DNA of 63,791 nt, counting the filler, from Phoronis australis (taxonomy: Eukaryota; Animalia; Phoronida): NCBI GenBank assembly GCA_002633005.1. It is 7 parts of 7 records of this genome, joined end to end, with 100 filler letters (N's around TTAATTAATTAA, not from the genome) between each part and the next. Parts side by side here need not be neighbours in the genome. Positions count along the whole stretch, not along the records: positions 17,359 to 25,999 come from NMRA01000276.1; positions 26,100 to 34,482 come from NMRA01001901.1; positions 34,583 to 37,131 come from NMRA01003618.1; 4 more parts are not named here. One strand, given 5' to 3'. The notes under the pieces were generated by a model that was given only the letters and a program-made list of their open reading frames with translations, searched no databases and had not been told where the DNA came from. The number at the start of each line of letters is the position of its first letter. Position 1 is the stretch's first letter. Position numbers and translations under genes: made by a program. Positions 22,701-37,084 of this stretch are shown in pieces.

Positions 22701-25700
22701 CTGGTAATGTTCAATTCATCTCACTCGATTTCATTCCCAAACGCTTTAATAGACTAGAGAGGTTACTCATCCAGTGTGTTTCGACTTTTCGCCTTTTTAA
22801 TACTCACTCGGGAGATTAGCTCTTGGCTTTTTTCACACTTGGACCGTTTTTGATCGTCGCCTCAGTTTCAGTCAACTTTAACTAGAGGCCTTTGTCGGCA
22901 TCGGTGATTTAGAATAAAAACACTAATGTTCAACAGATTTTGCTGTTTTATACCAATGGTTAAAGCAGATAACTTCAAGCAATAAACCCTACATGTATCC
23001 AAATGGCATTTTTTCGGCCGCAAAACCATTTGAAGCCTTTTTAAAATTAACATATACACCAAGTTACTCCACTAAACATCAGATTTCTCTGTCTCCAATT
23101 TTTCCACTCCATGGTAAGATGACGTCCATCCCTAAACAGTCCTTCGTACTATAAATTTGTAATTCTGTTCAACTATGGCAAGATTTTTCTCCATCTCCAA
23201 CGTGTCCGCAAGACACGTTGGCAAGTCTAGAACTGTACGGAAGGGGTTGCTGGGGGAGGGGGGGGGGGGTACNCACCCTTACAAATTGGAACGCTTCAAA
23301 TCAGTGGCAAATGATCTCTCATTATTACTTCAAGGTATTAAGTAGTAACCAATGGCAACCGTGGCAAGAAAGTTATGAGGCACCTTTGTTGGAGACAATC
23401 ATCCTTTTTCGTGATTTCTGGTCAAATGTGAAAATCGTATAAAGAGAAAAGTTCTAGTTTAGTAATCAATTTTGATAGAAAACACTTTGAAGTATTGGCC
23501 GGACTTGGAATGTAAAACATTTTATTCTGTTATCGATGCCAAGAAGAGAAGCATGCCACCGAGTGCCATTGCTTGACAAGGGAAGAGATGGAACAAGTAT
23601 TCACAGCGAATAAATTATTTGGGGAAGAACATCAAGTAGATAGATAAACAATGATGAAGACCAGTAACGCCAGGTCAGATCGTTCAACCTCAATGAGCTA
23701 ATTTCGGTGCTGGAATCTCGGGCGTTGTTTTCGGAATGAATGCTCCGCCTCACAAACCACTTCACCATGCAGATGATTTTTGACAAAATATCAACTAAGA
23801 AATTTTGACGTGTGGAAGAATTGTTACACAATTGATCGAGCAAACTATTAGCTCCGTTGCGTCAGTTGTGATTTTGTTCTCTCCCTGAATTTCTACGTGT
23901 TACTGCCGGTTCAATTATTTTACTGAGAAAACGACAGCAATCCAAAAATCAGACACATCATCTCAAACGTGCGAAAGTCAATTTCTCTCTGTCAGGGGAT
24001 CAAATAAAGAGTAATGAGACAACACTAAGATTGTCTTGAGCACAGGGCGACAGTTCCTCTCAATTAGATCTATCACAGTCTACTGTTGTTGAAACCCACA
24101 GAGAGGAATATAGCTCATTGAAGAAGCCTATCTTTATTGTGAAGGACACGACCTCTGTCGGAGTAATGTACTCCGAAAAGACTCACAATCAATTTTCAAG
24201 ATGTGACTCAAATAAGAAATACATAAGTCAGCTAATAGTAATGACAGGTAGAACCTACCACATTGTCCGGTAACCAAATTCTCTGCCCTTTGATCTGACC
24301 ACAAGTGACTACATAACATTTCTGTTTTATCCCACCTGCAATTTTACCTTTAAAGGTCGCTGCTGTAGACGCTCAAATTACAAAACCAACTCATTTTTGT
24401 TTGGTGGCCAATTAAACACGCAAGCTTACCGTTTTTTTGAACAGATAACGTTTCACAAATGTGATGCGGTCTCCACGGAGAACCGGGCAAGAACCCATGC
24501 TTTGGCAGCATGATGTACGAGTTAATAAAAAACAATGCTCACCTGCGCGAGAAAGGCAGTGCGTCACTTGAAAATGTCCGCTGAAAGACAGCGTTGACAC
24601 ATTGTTGAGGGATAGAGGTATTTCAAGAAACTTTGCTTTACTTCTTAACTTTCTCTGTGGTGTTTGCTTACGCTATTTGGTCTCACTTGACGGATTAGCC
24701 GAACCCGGAGTATTAAGTTAAACCCGTGAGATTCCATTAGAATATGTAGGAGTAAACTTATGCAACAAAATAGTGCGCCATTACACGTTACCGAGGGCAT
24801 TGTTTTGTTGCCCAAGTGTCTGAATACACAAGCAGATGAGTTCACAATGCTAACGTCATTAGAGGTCAATTTGTAACGCTTGAGTCTGAAATAAATCAGA
24901 TGTTCATTCGACACTTACTAAATACAATTTGGGTACAGCCGACGAACATACACTGAAAACAACGTCTTCACAAATCGTCCACTTCGATCAATCATGACAA
25001 GAAACGGATTCTAGTTCTACTACTCACCGAAAGTTTACGGGCGGCCAGCATTACTCAGTAGTCGAACTGTTGCAATAGGTCATTGATGTTCCTTCAAATC
25101 AATGGACAATTTTTCTGTAGATAACGGAGAAGTGCAAAGAATTCCTCGTCGAAGCGGAGTTGTGAAGAACGCGTCCGAGTGTTACCAAAAAAGCTCACAA
25201 ATTATTCTTCAAGTGAATCATCTCCTGTGGTGTGGGAACGAGATATGCAGCCTGTTCGAAATTTAAGAAGGCTCTGGGATTTGGCTCGAGTGTTTCCGAG
25301 TCGCTCGAACAGAATAAATTTGACTGACGGAAGTGCATTTTGCTGTGAACATCATGATGAACATGGGATTCTTTCTAAACCTGGTGATTTTTCAGTTTTA
25401 GCTGGATTTTGATCTCAATAGACTAAAATCGAAACAGTGTCACATGCGCTCCCACAGGGATGCGAGGACATAAACATTTAAAACCTATTACCACATTAGC
25501 AACACGTTGTTAATAACGGACATTCCGTTACTTCATTAGTTCATCCCATGGGCACTGTCTGCGCTGACTGACAAATAAACAGGGTCGACTTGAGTCCATA
25601 AAGTACTGGTAATTATTATTAGTTGACGCTGTTTGGGTTCCAGTTGATCAGAAACATCGGGTAACCAACTAGGCAAAGTGATCGTGGTTGATGGCAGGCC

Positions 25701-28700
25701 AAGTAGATGTAATGTGTCTAACTAGGCAGGTAAAGTCCATGATATGAGGACACGGACTTCACATGAAAAATTTATTGTGACTCTTTAGATTCAGTGGCGG
25801 ATCTAGGATACCATAAGGGGGGCAACACGTTGCCTCGGGGAATTGGGGAAGAAAGCGCGATTGCATCTGCACAGGCGGCCCGAAAGTTCCGGGCCGGGGA
25901 TGTGGACCTTCTGTTCGGAAACTCTATCGTTGGACTAAAATAAAAATAAAAAAATAAAACCGGGAATACATTTCCGCCGACCTGGGGTCTGAGCCCCCCN
26001 NNNNNNNNNNNNNNNNNNNNNNNNNNNNNNNNNNNNNNNNNNNTTAATTAATTAANNNNNNNNNNNNNNNNNNNNNNNNNNNNNNNNNNNNNNNNNNNNT
26101 GTGTGTGTGTGGATATACTTGAAATGGAATAATTATTGTAATATAGAAAATAATTACTTGTAATCTAAGATTAGATTGATCGCTTATTGATGAGTACGGA
26201 GATATTAGAATCTGCAACTCTGGCATCGCCAACGTAATACACTTTATTATGTGGTGATTAAAATGAAAGTTTGTTTTATTTATCTAAGTTGCATTGCATT
26301 GCCTGGATAATGTATAGTCCACTAGGTGGCGAGTGCCTATAATTGCCGTAATAGACAATCAGTACGTCAGTGCAAACGAGAGCTACAAGACCCGTATACA
26401 TTGTCAGTTACCCTTTTGTTAACAGCACTATTAGATACCCGTAGTAGTCAAACAAACGGTTGGGCCAAAGAAAACACTCTAAAATTCATTCCAATGATTC
26501 CCATACCCACATCATCGCATGTATACACAAGTATTACTGAGGATCACGTTTGGGTAAAACATCTCAATGCAGCAACGGGTTGCAGCGGCAAATTTTTCTG
26601 ACTTGTAAATGCATGTTTCCGTAACTGAATTTTGTTATCAAATCTCGACCGGTTAGGGTGTCAATATGGAATTCTTTTCACTGCATATTCGAAAAAGATA
26701 TGAGCTTGCCAATTAAAAGAGATTGTCATAAATGTTGTCCGTTATTTTCTTATATTTCATTTGGTTAGATGAACAACAAATGTCAGGCCTTCTGCATCTG
26801 CCGAAGAATACCGAAACAAGATTAAGCTATTTCAATTGAGAGGTTACGCTGATCACTATAAAAAAATAATAATTTTGGGCGGATTTTTTTTTCTTTAAAG
26901 ACCTTAACTGGTGTTTTATGCCACTAGCGAATCTGGCAATATATTTCAACGCAGTGGTAAAATTGTTGTAATGTTTATCAACAACGCTCGCAACAGCAGA
27001 TCATTCACACCAAACAAATTTCGAAACTCCAATGGCAACAAAAAGTGTCAGTTAGTGACATCTAGCGGAAGTTGTGATCTTGAACTTGGCGCACTTTTGA
27101 AAAGGTGAAATAATGAATTCTTATTTGAAGCTGTTTGAGATGACATAGTGTAATTATTCATTATTAAAAACACGACGATTATCAAACAAAGCATGAAAGA
27201 AAAAAATGGTTGTGTAGAACCGAAAACGCTGAAAGTTGAGGTACTCAAAATCCTGTGCTAACTCTGCCGTCAAAATCAGTAAAGCTGTGATTACAAAACA
27301 TAAAACTGATATCGTGCAGTGGAATTATTACGTGGCCTTTCCAAAGTTAAAATGCGATTACAGGTAATAGACAAGAAGGGCAAATGTCGTGACTGATTGA
27401 ACTACTTTGATCTCTTCAACTGAATCCGCAAATAGTAAAATTCAGTGTTGAGTATTATTGCTGTTATAGGGTTATAACTGAAGACCCCATCTCGTCTACG
27501 AAATTGCTGTTCCCTTCGTTACCCTTGCGTATACAGTTGGAAAACAAAGAGATCCTTTGTATTCGATTACAACTGTAAATATATCATCGGTCATCGGAAT
27601 TAAAATATATTGCCTATCGGTTGTTTGTCGACGTAATTGTGTTCATAATGGTCACAGAATCTGAATTGAACTAAATTACATTTAATAAGCGCTATCATAA
27701 CCTAGCGAATGATATCCAAATATTATTTGATTGGCTGGAAAAGATAAGCTTTCTATTTTAGACATCATCACGTATCACCATTGTGACGGCAACTTAGTAC
27801 TCACTGTTAAGTGCTCGTCTAAAAGAATACTCATATTCTCTTTAATAGTCCAGTTTATTTGTGGTGACGAACGGAGACAGGCCTGCAAAGGCATTCCATA
27901 GTCGCAAAATTTTTTCAAAGCCTCTTGAAAGAAGTAGCTGCGTCCTGTCATTGCGCCAGTATAAACACTTTAATACAGCGGAATCATATGCATCGCACTC
28001 TTATCGAGAGATGACGAAGGAATATCCATATGGGGTCATGTTATATCAAATGCCCGTCACAACTAAGACGGTTGTAGACACGTGACCGACTGCGAGTGGA
28101 ACCCCCTGCCTTGAAATGAAGGAAATATTGAAGTTGACGTAAAGTCGAGCATGAACCGTAGTCGTGTTTAACGATTATCTTCACAAACCACTAAACCCTG
28201 TTTTGTATTTCAGCCAATCTTCGTTCTGTCAGCTGCTAAAGCATCATTGGCGAAAAAGATTCCAGCAGGAATCAACTAAAAACTTATGTCACAGATGTCG
28301 CAAATTATGGTTCGTTCTTGATGGATGGTCATTCCCCACAGTTGCCAAGTAATTCGCTAAAAGCATAGGTCACGCTTGCCCGTATAGTAGACTTTGACGT
28401 AGTTTTCCATTCTACTCCAAACTTTTTGAGGGCTGTAGAGGTTACTGAGAATTATTTTGTTTCGGATATTGGGGGGAAAGTACTCTTTAATACCTGTTAA
28501 ATGGACAAAACAGGGTTTGATATCCTTTTAATGAACCGAATGGCAATAAAAATAGCAAACTGCGGTTTTAGCTGCGAGTACGGCCGGTTGTACGGTACTT
28601 AGGGGGGTTCAAGCGCCTACATGAATGCGACCAACGTCGTCAGCCTGCCCTTTTATATTTTACGCGGACATTTTCCTTTGATAGTTGTGGTTGCCCCCTC

Positions 28701-29663
28701 TTCTAACAAAATCCTAGATCCACCAGCGAAAGAATTGGAAGAGGCGGTTGAAACCACACACTGTGGATGAGTGCTGATGGTGTTGTTTATGAAAGGTGCC
28801 TAGAAGCTGGAGGCACAAAGGCTACAGTAACCGTCGGCCTGCCTGCACACATAGGGAAACGTCATGAAGGCTACCTGAATTGCATAGTACCATATATAAA
28901 CACGGATCATGGGCCTGTAATCTCGTGCCCGCAGACACAAAATACGGCTTACGGACTCATATCCATGCAGACACGGTTCAATGATTGAACAGGCACCGCG
29001 ACAAAATGTACACTTCTGCGTGCGATGTCATCTATCGACACAAACGTTCAAGGAAATGTCTACCTTTAATTATTTCCATTGCATTATCCATAATACATTT
29101 GTTTAGCTACAGGCGTTATCAATGTCAGATATGACTCTATAATCACTTAATCAATGGGTGGTTATATTGAATAAAGCTCCTCTTTTTGTTTCTGACTAGA
29201 CTGAATCTGCTTAACATTGGGACGCGCAGATTACCTGGGTGTTTTCAGGAGATTTTTGTCGAGATTTGGACTTTTCCCGGCATTAATCTGTGTACCTACA
29301 TGTATTACAGCAACAGCGAATATGGAAAGTAGATGGGTGACCGAACGGTTCAGCATGTGTCCATGTTTCACTAGATTGGGCGTTAAGAACATATCTTCCA
29401 CTGTGAACCTACCAAGGCGATCGATATGGAAAGAATTTAAAGTGCGGTAGAGCTTTTCTGATACTTTGAAACTCGAAAGAGGAAACCATCAGTGGTTTGC
29501 AGATTAGTGTTTCCTCAGGTAGAAAGTAAAGTCCAGAGGAAGGATTGCAGCAGCCAAGAGCGGATTTCACCACACAGAGTTGATACGAGGAATGTCCCCA
29601 GTGCGAGAAGATTTTGATGTGAGGACGTTTAAGAAATTGGAGATTATTTAAAGGAAAGCCGAC

Positions 29664-30016
29664 TAAAGACGGTGTAGCTCCTATAGGAACTTCGTACGCC
29701 GGAAGCTTTTCGTCGAATTATGCCTCACATTGACTAAAACATCAAAGTCACCTTATTTCATATGCCTCAGGAGGCCGTCGATGTTTTTAATTCCTTCCAA
29801 CTCAACGAAATATTCCCGCTCGAAGAAAAACGTTTGATATTGGGAGTATTTCGACGAGTTGGAAGAAATAAAATACATCAACGACTTCCACAGGTGTCTC
29901 TCTCTACACAAAAGGTATTTATAACAACATGACTTTGAGGTTTTAGTCAGTGTGAGGCATAACTTGCCTACAACCTACCGGCGTATGAAGCTCCTACAGG
30001 AGCTACACCGTCTCTA
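29664..30016. mobile_element. ~350-bp fold-back element
   Basis: agacggtgtagctcctatagg...tatgcctcacattgactaaaac mirrored by gttttagtcagtgtgaggcata...ggagctacaccgtct; the inner arms also pair. Confidence 0.8.
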
Positions 30017-31186
30017 ACAGCTACAGACGGTGGTCACTGTCTAGGGAAAGATCGTTGTTCTGTGGTATTGGAGGACGGTCGACGTGAAGAGGAGAAGTTT
30101 CACTCGGTTGGAAGAAACAGTACGACAGGATGGCCTGGAATGGCATGCACAGTATAATGTTGTGTGCGTCTGTGTAAACAAACCACACAGGATATCACAC
30201 AGTTCAGTCATGTTGTCTGGTGGCTGCCATCTTTATTCCCACACCTGCGCCATCTATTTTTCACATCAATAACCAATACACTGCCCGCAGTTGACAGATT
30301 ACAACAAATGGACTTCTTTTTGTGGCTATCACATGCTACGTTCAGTGTACGATGTCGTCACAAGTTCAATGAATTTGATGGTATGAATGCTACTGTCGGC
30401 AAATGTGGGGAAAGTTGGGCACGTTGTGTGGTCTTGTAAGGTAACTTTGGTGGGGAGGGGGGGGGGTAAATACAAGTGGAGTTAGTACAACGAGATTCTT
30501 AAGATAATAGTTCGTGTCTTAAAACTAGAAAGAAATAAGGCAATTGATAAATCTGACAAGTCGTCTTGTTTTTCAAAATGGGAATTCAAGGAAATGACAA
30601 ACTAAGAGAGGTTGGTTACGGCGAGTGATTGGCAGTAAAGTTGGGTCCTCAATTTTTTCCTATTCAGATTATACGTGTGCATTTGGGCATAGAGAGAGCT
30701 TGCGAGGCTATGCTCGGCACAAATAGATATCCCACAGTGCAAAGTCGACTTATTGAGCTTAGTTTCGAACAGTATTAACTACTTTTCACAAGTTCAGAAA
30801 ATAACTGAATAAGAAAACTTTATACCAACTTTAAAATCTTTGGTAGATGTTTTACATGTAAATCAAAATAGCCTCCAGATTTAGAGCTGATGTTTTTTGA
30901 CTACCTTTTGTTTTCACTTCGTTAATTAACTTTTTCATTGGAGTTTTCATAAGCACCCTCCTCCCGTTTCTGAAAGAGCGTCTGCTGTGCAGTTTTGGCT
31001 TGTACCTACCCCTCATTTGTCCAGCTTTCGGTCACCCCCCTTCCCCCCTCCCCCTCCAGGACGCACCTACAATACGCACAGGAAAACTGTTTAAAGGTTA
31101 GAAATAAATAATCGATAACAACGTTGTACATGTCAATTTCGTTTTCTGTCACCTCGTCTACTGCATATATGTGCGTATTTGGGTCC

Positions 31187-31512
31187 ATTTGCCTATAGCC
31201 GATTAACGCGTTTTCTCAACGAAAACATTTCCTCAAGTGTTCCATATATAGGCTCATGCGCCTAAGGTTCACTTTTAAGCGCATACTGGTATCTTATATA
31301 TTATCACGACGTAAACTAACTGCTGTCATGTTAATTTTACCAATTTTTAATGTTTTTATTCTAATAATTAATTTTAAAGTTTGAATACGAGTCACCATCG
31401 ACCATTTTGTTATGATAAATCGAGTTTCACTGACAGAGTATTTAGAGTTCGCTCTTTTTTCTGGACTGGTTTCGCACATAGGCATATGCGCAGAATTCAG
31501 TCTATAGGCAAA
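31187..31512. mobile_element. Inverted-repeat element
   Basis: tttgcctatag ... ctataggcaaa inverted pair, with additional atgcgc/aggc sub-repeats. Confidence 0.4.
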
Positions 31513-32849
31513 CTTTCACATTTAGGTACATGGGCCTAAATACGCCTACATGCAGTGCTGACAATGTATTGTCTTCAGCATTTAGTCGCGGCTATACTTT
31601 GTCGTTGGTTTGTACTTTATGTCCATCTCGTAATCATAATCTGCATACGAGTTCTCGGTGTCTCTCTGTTGAGCCCCGATTAAGTTCGCATTTGGGTAAT
31701 CGGGATATTCGTACGTATAATCAGACGAGTCTGAGGACTCCACAGTGCCCATTGAATAGCCCGAAGCAACTGAATCTCTCGTGCGACTTCCATATTTGTA
31801 ATTCGTCCGGTATTCGTAGTCGCCTTGGCTTAAGTCTGAAANGTCACTTACTACCTGAGGTGGCCAGATCGTACGCTATCAATATCACCAGACGCTTTGC
31901 TTCTCAAAAGTGCACCTTCATTTATTTTCTATCATTTTTTGCCATCGCAATCGCTTTACCAAAGATTCACGCACATATGCCGCGTAGTGACAATACCTCT
32001 TCACCACGTATTCACATCTTCCCGTTCACAATTATTTCATTTTACATAATTTGTCAATATGTTGTTGACAGAAAGTGTTTATTTTTGGAACAACGTGAAC
32101 GACCAACTGATAGGGGCCTACTGTACATGTAACTAGCCCAGATTTTAACGTCACCGATACATGAAAACAGAATGCGCAAAGCTACAATTAGCTGTAGCCT
32201 CAAAAGTGGTCATTCCGTGTTTGATGTCACCGTCATAGTTCGTGGAAATCGTAACCATAGTATGATTTCGAAGTTAGAGCCGTAGAAGTCCATGAGCTTA
32301 GGGCATACTGGACCGTGAATTTCGCCGGGTCAATACTATGAAAATAAAATCCCCGGAGTGAGAACTCTTCGCTGTGTAACAACTCACTCACTAATCCTTC
32401 ATCATGGGCGCGTGATAGGAGACCGGTGAATAACTTAAAACACGCAAAAACGATGCAGTTTGGCGTTACACAAACAAAATCAATTGTGGGCGAAGACTGC
32501 AAAAACAGCCGCGTTTACAAAATGACTATACAGCGTTGTATTGACCGGGAAACAACCGATCTAATACCATTTGTTAACGTCAGGAGTCAAATGAAAGATC
32601 AAATGTAAAGAAAACTTTCACGTTTTTCATCGAAAACGTGTTGCATTGTCCATAATCCAATGTTTACTAATGCCGCTTGCCTTCAACTTTCGAAGTAGTG
32701 GTGTTACACAACCGACGTGATCTCGTGTAACCGAGACAGCGAAACTAGGTTAATTTATTTGACCCTGTGCTAAGACAATATGCATCGACACGCAAAGTTG
32801 TATGAGCCTGACAACCTATTACGCAACTGCTACTCTAGCCTAACAATAG

Positions 32850-33040
32850 CAGCCGACCAGCTGGTCGTCTGATGGCCGGTCGGCTGAAGGGTCGGCTGTG
32901 GGGTCGCCTTATGAGTCGGCACTGCGGGCGGCTGCCGGTCGGCTAATTTTTAGCCGACCGGTCGGCTAATTTGCCGACCGGTCGACGGCCGGTCGTCGAC
33001 CAATTTCCGACCGGTCGGCCAAAAATTCGTGATGTGTGCT
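32850..33040. repeat. GC-rich palindromic ccgaccggtcgg cluster (likely transposon subterminal region)
   Basis: Multiple gccgaccggtcggc palindromes in tandem, ending aaattcgtgatgtgtg. Confidence 0.6.
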
Positions 33041-33594
33041 GTATTTGAATCTTATTCTTCAGATATAATTATCTCTTGCAATGACGAGTTTTAAATTAAT
33101 TTGGCTTTTCCTTTGTGCTAATGCTGAATATGTGATCCTTGATAACAGTTGTGGGAGACCTGGAGTGTCTGACACTAAATGGATCTTTCAGGGTTCTGCT
33201 CGAATACAGTGTTCATTCAGAGCGCTTCTGTTGTTCTTCATTTGGCTTGCCATTATTCTGGAGGATACACATTTATAACCACAGTTAGCATTCACAGGGT
33301 GTTCCATCGAAACAGGAACCCCGGTGAAAACAGATATCCCGGAGTCGAAAACAAACTCCAACACCTTAAAAACAGCTAACCAGCCCGAAAAACATGAACC
33401 CTGACCTTACAGGAATCACGGGACTCGGACATAATCTACACTCTCAGCACTTTGTAATCTCGGTGAATATTTAGTTAATTTTATATTATTCAATAGTTTC
33501 TCCAAAAATATTTTCAAAAAGGAAAAATAAGATATTACTTCGACTTTCGAAGAACATAGGGATCAGGGCCAGGACGAGACGGACCCTCCCCCAA

Positions 33595-34160
33595 GGCTCA
33601 CGTGACTATCCCATCCTTGGTATTTCGGATCGGGTGAAAAAACATCTCCACCAACACGGGGTGTCCACAGCATTCAAACCGATTAACTTTCTTAGGCGCA
33701 AATTATTTAACGTAAAAGACAAATCACCGAAAGAAAAACGTCCCATTGTTGTATAATGGGATAAGGTGTGGCAACGACGAATATGCAGAGTCTTATGCTG
33801 TAGAAACGAAGCAGGCGCTTAAAAGTAGGATTTATCAACACCGCCCTACCTATGACTCAGCAGTGTTTAGTCACCTTTGCGCACCAGACCATGATGGTCC
33901 ATGAAAAAATTGGTGATCGTTGATACTGAGGAGGATGTGTTTTCCCGTGGTGTGAACTTAAGCAGCAATCCACGAGAGAATTGAGTCCCCATCCTCAACA
34001 GACACGGAAGACCAAGACAATCTAGCGTATTACGTCACCAACCAAAGAAATTATGTCACAACCCACGTAACAACAATCTCCGCCAATGCCGACACGCAAG
34101 CCCTTCGGCTTCAGACGCTCTGCAGAAGTCTCCGAGATGAGGATGTTGCGTTATCATTAG
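33595..34160 (+). mobile_element. Decayed Penelope-like retroelement, GIY-YIG endonuclease region
   Basis: Frameshifted translation VTIP..GISDRVKKHLHQHGVSTAFKPINFLRRKLFNVKDK..VVY.GIRCGND..SYAVETKQALKSRIYQHRPTYDSAVFSHL matches the Penelope linker plus GIY-YIG pattern. Confidence 0.75.
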
Positions 34161-34599
34161 TATACAGTAAGTCGAGAAATTGATATATTTTTGATTTGCA
34201 TTATGCCACAACTGGATGAGTAACATACATCCCATTACACTCATATGGTCTTTGCTTTTCTTCTTTGTCTTCGTAACAATATGCCTACTGTATTTCTTTT
34301 CTTGTGTATGTTTTTTATGTTCAAGACTGTGCAAACATTTACTGGTGGTATGTGCAGAAAAATTAATCAATCCAATTGAAAACGTTAAATGCTTAATGTC
34401 ACTGAGAGCAATACCTGAATTTGGTTTTAGTCCAAAATTAAATTTCAGGGACTTCGAGATTCCGGGAAAAGACTTGATGTTCNNNNNNNNNNNNNNNNNN
34501 NNNNNNNNNNNNNNNNNNNNNNNNNNTTAATTAATTAANNNNNNNNNNNNNNNNNNNNNNNNNNNNNNNNNNNNNNNNNNNNTGGCAAGCTTAATATAG

Positions 34600-34830
34600 T
34601 AGTATCACTAGCTTTCATTGGGGATTAACTAGCGTTACTAAGTAATTTCATAAGCTTTGGCTGGCAAATGACTAACTCTACTAAATAATCTCAGTGGTAA
34701 GAAACTAGCATTACTAAGTATCCTCACTAGCATTCGCTGCCAAATAACTAGCATCACTAACTAAAGTCATCTTACTAGCTTTCTCTGGCAAATAACCAGC
34801 ATAAAAGTAAACTCACTAGCTTTCCCTGGC
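34600..34830. repeat. Degenerate ~38-bp tandem repeat
   Basis: Recurrent actagc.ttactaa.ta...ctagcttt..ctggcaaata units. Confidence 0.7.
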
Positions 34831-36924
34831 ATGCACCCCAACACGAGCAAAGGGCCAGGTAGATTCTATATCTGCATGTCTGTTGGGTTTATTTCATTAA
34901 TTATACATAGAACATCACAGTATTTGAATTGATTTTTTTGGCTTTGAAAACTTTAACAGCATTTGCAGAACTGTATTGGCTTAAACGCTCGCCTAGCAAA
35001 TTTTTCTTTTTCGAATTCAAGTGCTCGGGTGTTAACCCAGGCGACTACGGTGTTTTGGTTGTGCTGTCTGAATTCTTTTGAAGGCAGCAACAGTCATTTA
35101 GATTTTCTAGGTTTACTAGGTTTCCATTTTGGTCATTTCCTATTTTTGTGGTCTCAGGTGGTACAGCCCTTATGGCAAACAAGCATGCAGTTATTCTGGA
35201 GTCTGTCCAAACCGGCCCTAGCATATTATGGAACACACGCTCGCTCGATAATGGGCTTGGGCTGTCTGGGTTATTTTCTGCAAGACAAGATTTTTCATCA
35301 GTTTCTTTATGCTTCGCTAGGTTTTTATTATCTGCTTAACCTTACAGCTAGTGCTGGCAGTGGTTGCCTTCCTCAAATGAATGAATTCTAAAAGTATTAT
35401 GCTTGAAGGATCATAAATTATGTTTTTGAACTCACTGTGAATGCCTTATATGTGATTATCGAACCGAATATTGAGGCTATATTAAGGAGCTTAGCCACAA
35501 GTGTGCATTCGGCCAGATATCTGCTAAACTGTAAAATTTAACTGGTTAAAAGTGTACATTTTCTGAAAGTAGGTGGCCTGTGGAATTTGATTTTGTCATT
35601 ATACCAATCTGTCATTGATTGGGTCACGTGACCGTGTCTTGGCAAAATTTAGCAAAAATGAAATGGACGTTATCAGCAAAGCTGTGGGATCAATAGCGTT
35701 TCTAAACTTTTTTCGTTTGATGTAATTCCTTGGGATGAAACTCCAAAATGCGTTACGTGTATACTTGTGGCATGTGTCAAACATACAGTCCTGTTCATTT
35801 CAAATTAAATATTATATATTATATTTGAACTTCACCAATAGACCACAAGCCCTATTTTACCCCTTAATTGGAGGGGGGGGCACTGAGCCCCCCATGGTAT
35901 CCACTGCTTGTGTCTTAGTTGCAGTCATTACTAACAGTTTATGAAGTGTGTACCATGTGAAGTTTCATGGGCGTCTTTCTCTTCTATTGCTTATTACTGC
36001 TAGTGCTGTATATAACTGCTTTTCATCAAAAAAACTAACTTTTGANATTTAGACTATTTACTGTTGTGAATTTGGAGTGAACTAAAGTTAGAAGTTTACA
36101 TGTTGAGTAATACTTGGTCATGAGTCGAATGATGAACTGTCAGTTCCTTACACACCTAGTTGTTAGGGTTGTGTTGCGTACATGCAAGATATTGGCTAGT
36201 CAGGCGGGTGCGATCATGTTCTTTGGTTGTAGTCAGGGTACATAGCGATACCTAGTGAAGATTTCGTTGTCTCACTTTTCTCGCAACTGAGAAAATTGGT
36301 TTGTGGAAACCAGCCCAGACTTCTTAGGAAACAGATATTTACTTTAGGGAGAATATTTTAGGCCACTCAAATATCCTTGCTAGTCGGATATTGATGAAAA
36401 TATTGGCTTTCTGCCAATTAAGGGAAGAATATGGCGGAGACGGGAAATTTTAATTTTTTTCATTTTTTACGTAAAAGGTGAGAAGTGCTAAGGAGATGTT
36501 TGCTGTAGCAACCATCAGAAAATATTTTGAAATATTGTGGGCATTCACACAACAACTCTAGAAATATTAAAAAAACATTCTAGATTTTATTTTTGTTGAA
36601 TATTGATGAGATTTCAGCGTAGCGCTTATTGTGTGATTAGACCTTTAGTCAGACTCGTGTCTTTGCATAAATTATTGATGTGAAAACCATGTAGCAATGC
36701 GGGAAGGTCATACAATTTGCATCAATCTATGTGAAACATTTTTACTTTTGCACTGTGTAGTTTCGATGTCGCAGAATGTGCTATAAGCCATTATAAAAAA
36801 GTACTATTCATTTCCGTTTGTGCCTTTTTACAAAATCCTCATGGAGGGTTTGGAAACGCATTTAATACATTTCATTTTTTATAGTCTTTATGTCCCATGA
36901 GTTGACGCTCGGTATCTCTTCCAG

Positions 36925-37084
36925 ACATTGTCCAGTGGCAGCTCATCAGGCCGCAAGAGCGCGGAGGTGGATTTTGGCAAGTTTTACAAGACAAGTTATC
37001 TTGAGAAGGGTGAAAATTACATCAAGAAGGGACCTGCAACAGCGCCCTCTAAGTCTCCAACACACACGAACTTCCACAGACCAG
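36925..37084 (+). CDS. Internal exon of an unidentified gene
   Basis: tctcttccag acceptor and CAG|gtgagc donor; open frame TLSSGSSSGRKSAEVDFGKFYKTSYLEKGENYIKKGPATAPSKSPTHTNFHRP; family not recognised. Confidence 0.55.

Noticed and set aside
18000-29600. Scattered short ORFs and isolated splice-like signals (e.g. donor at ~18543)
   Set aside because: No phase-consistent exon chain or recognisable protein; small exons cannot be excluded without RNA data.
31530-32132. 200-aa ORF
   Set aside because: No domain or splice context, contains an N, and its composition looks like random open frame.
34960-35390. Possible decayed coding frame on the minus strand / 142-aa ORF on the plus strand
   Set aside because: Multiple stops on the minus strand and no identifiable family on either strand.
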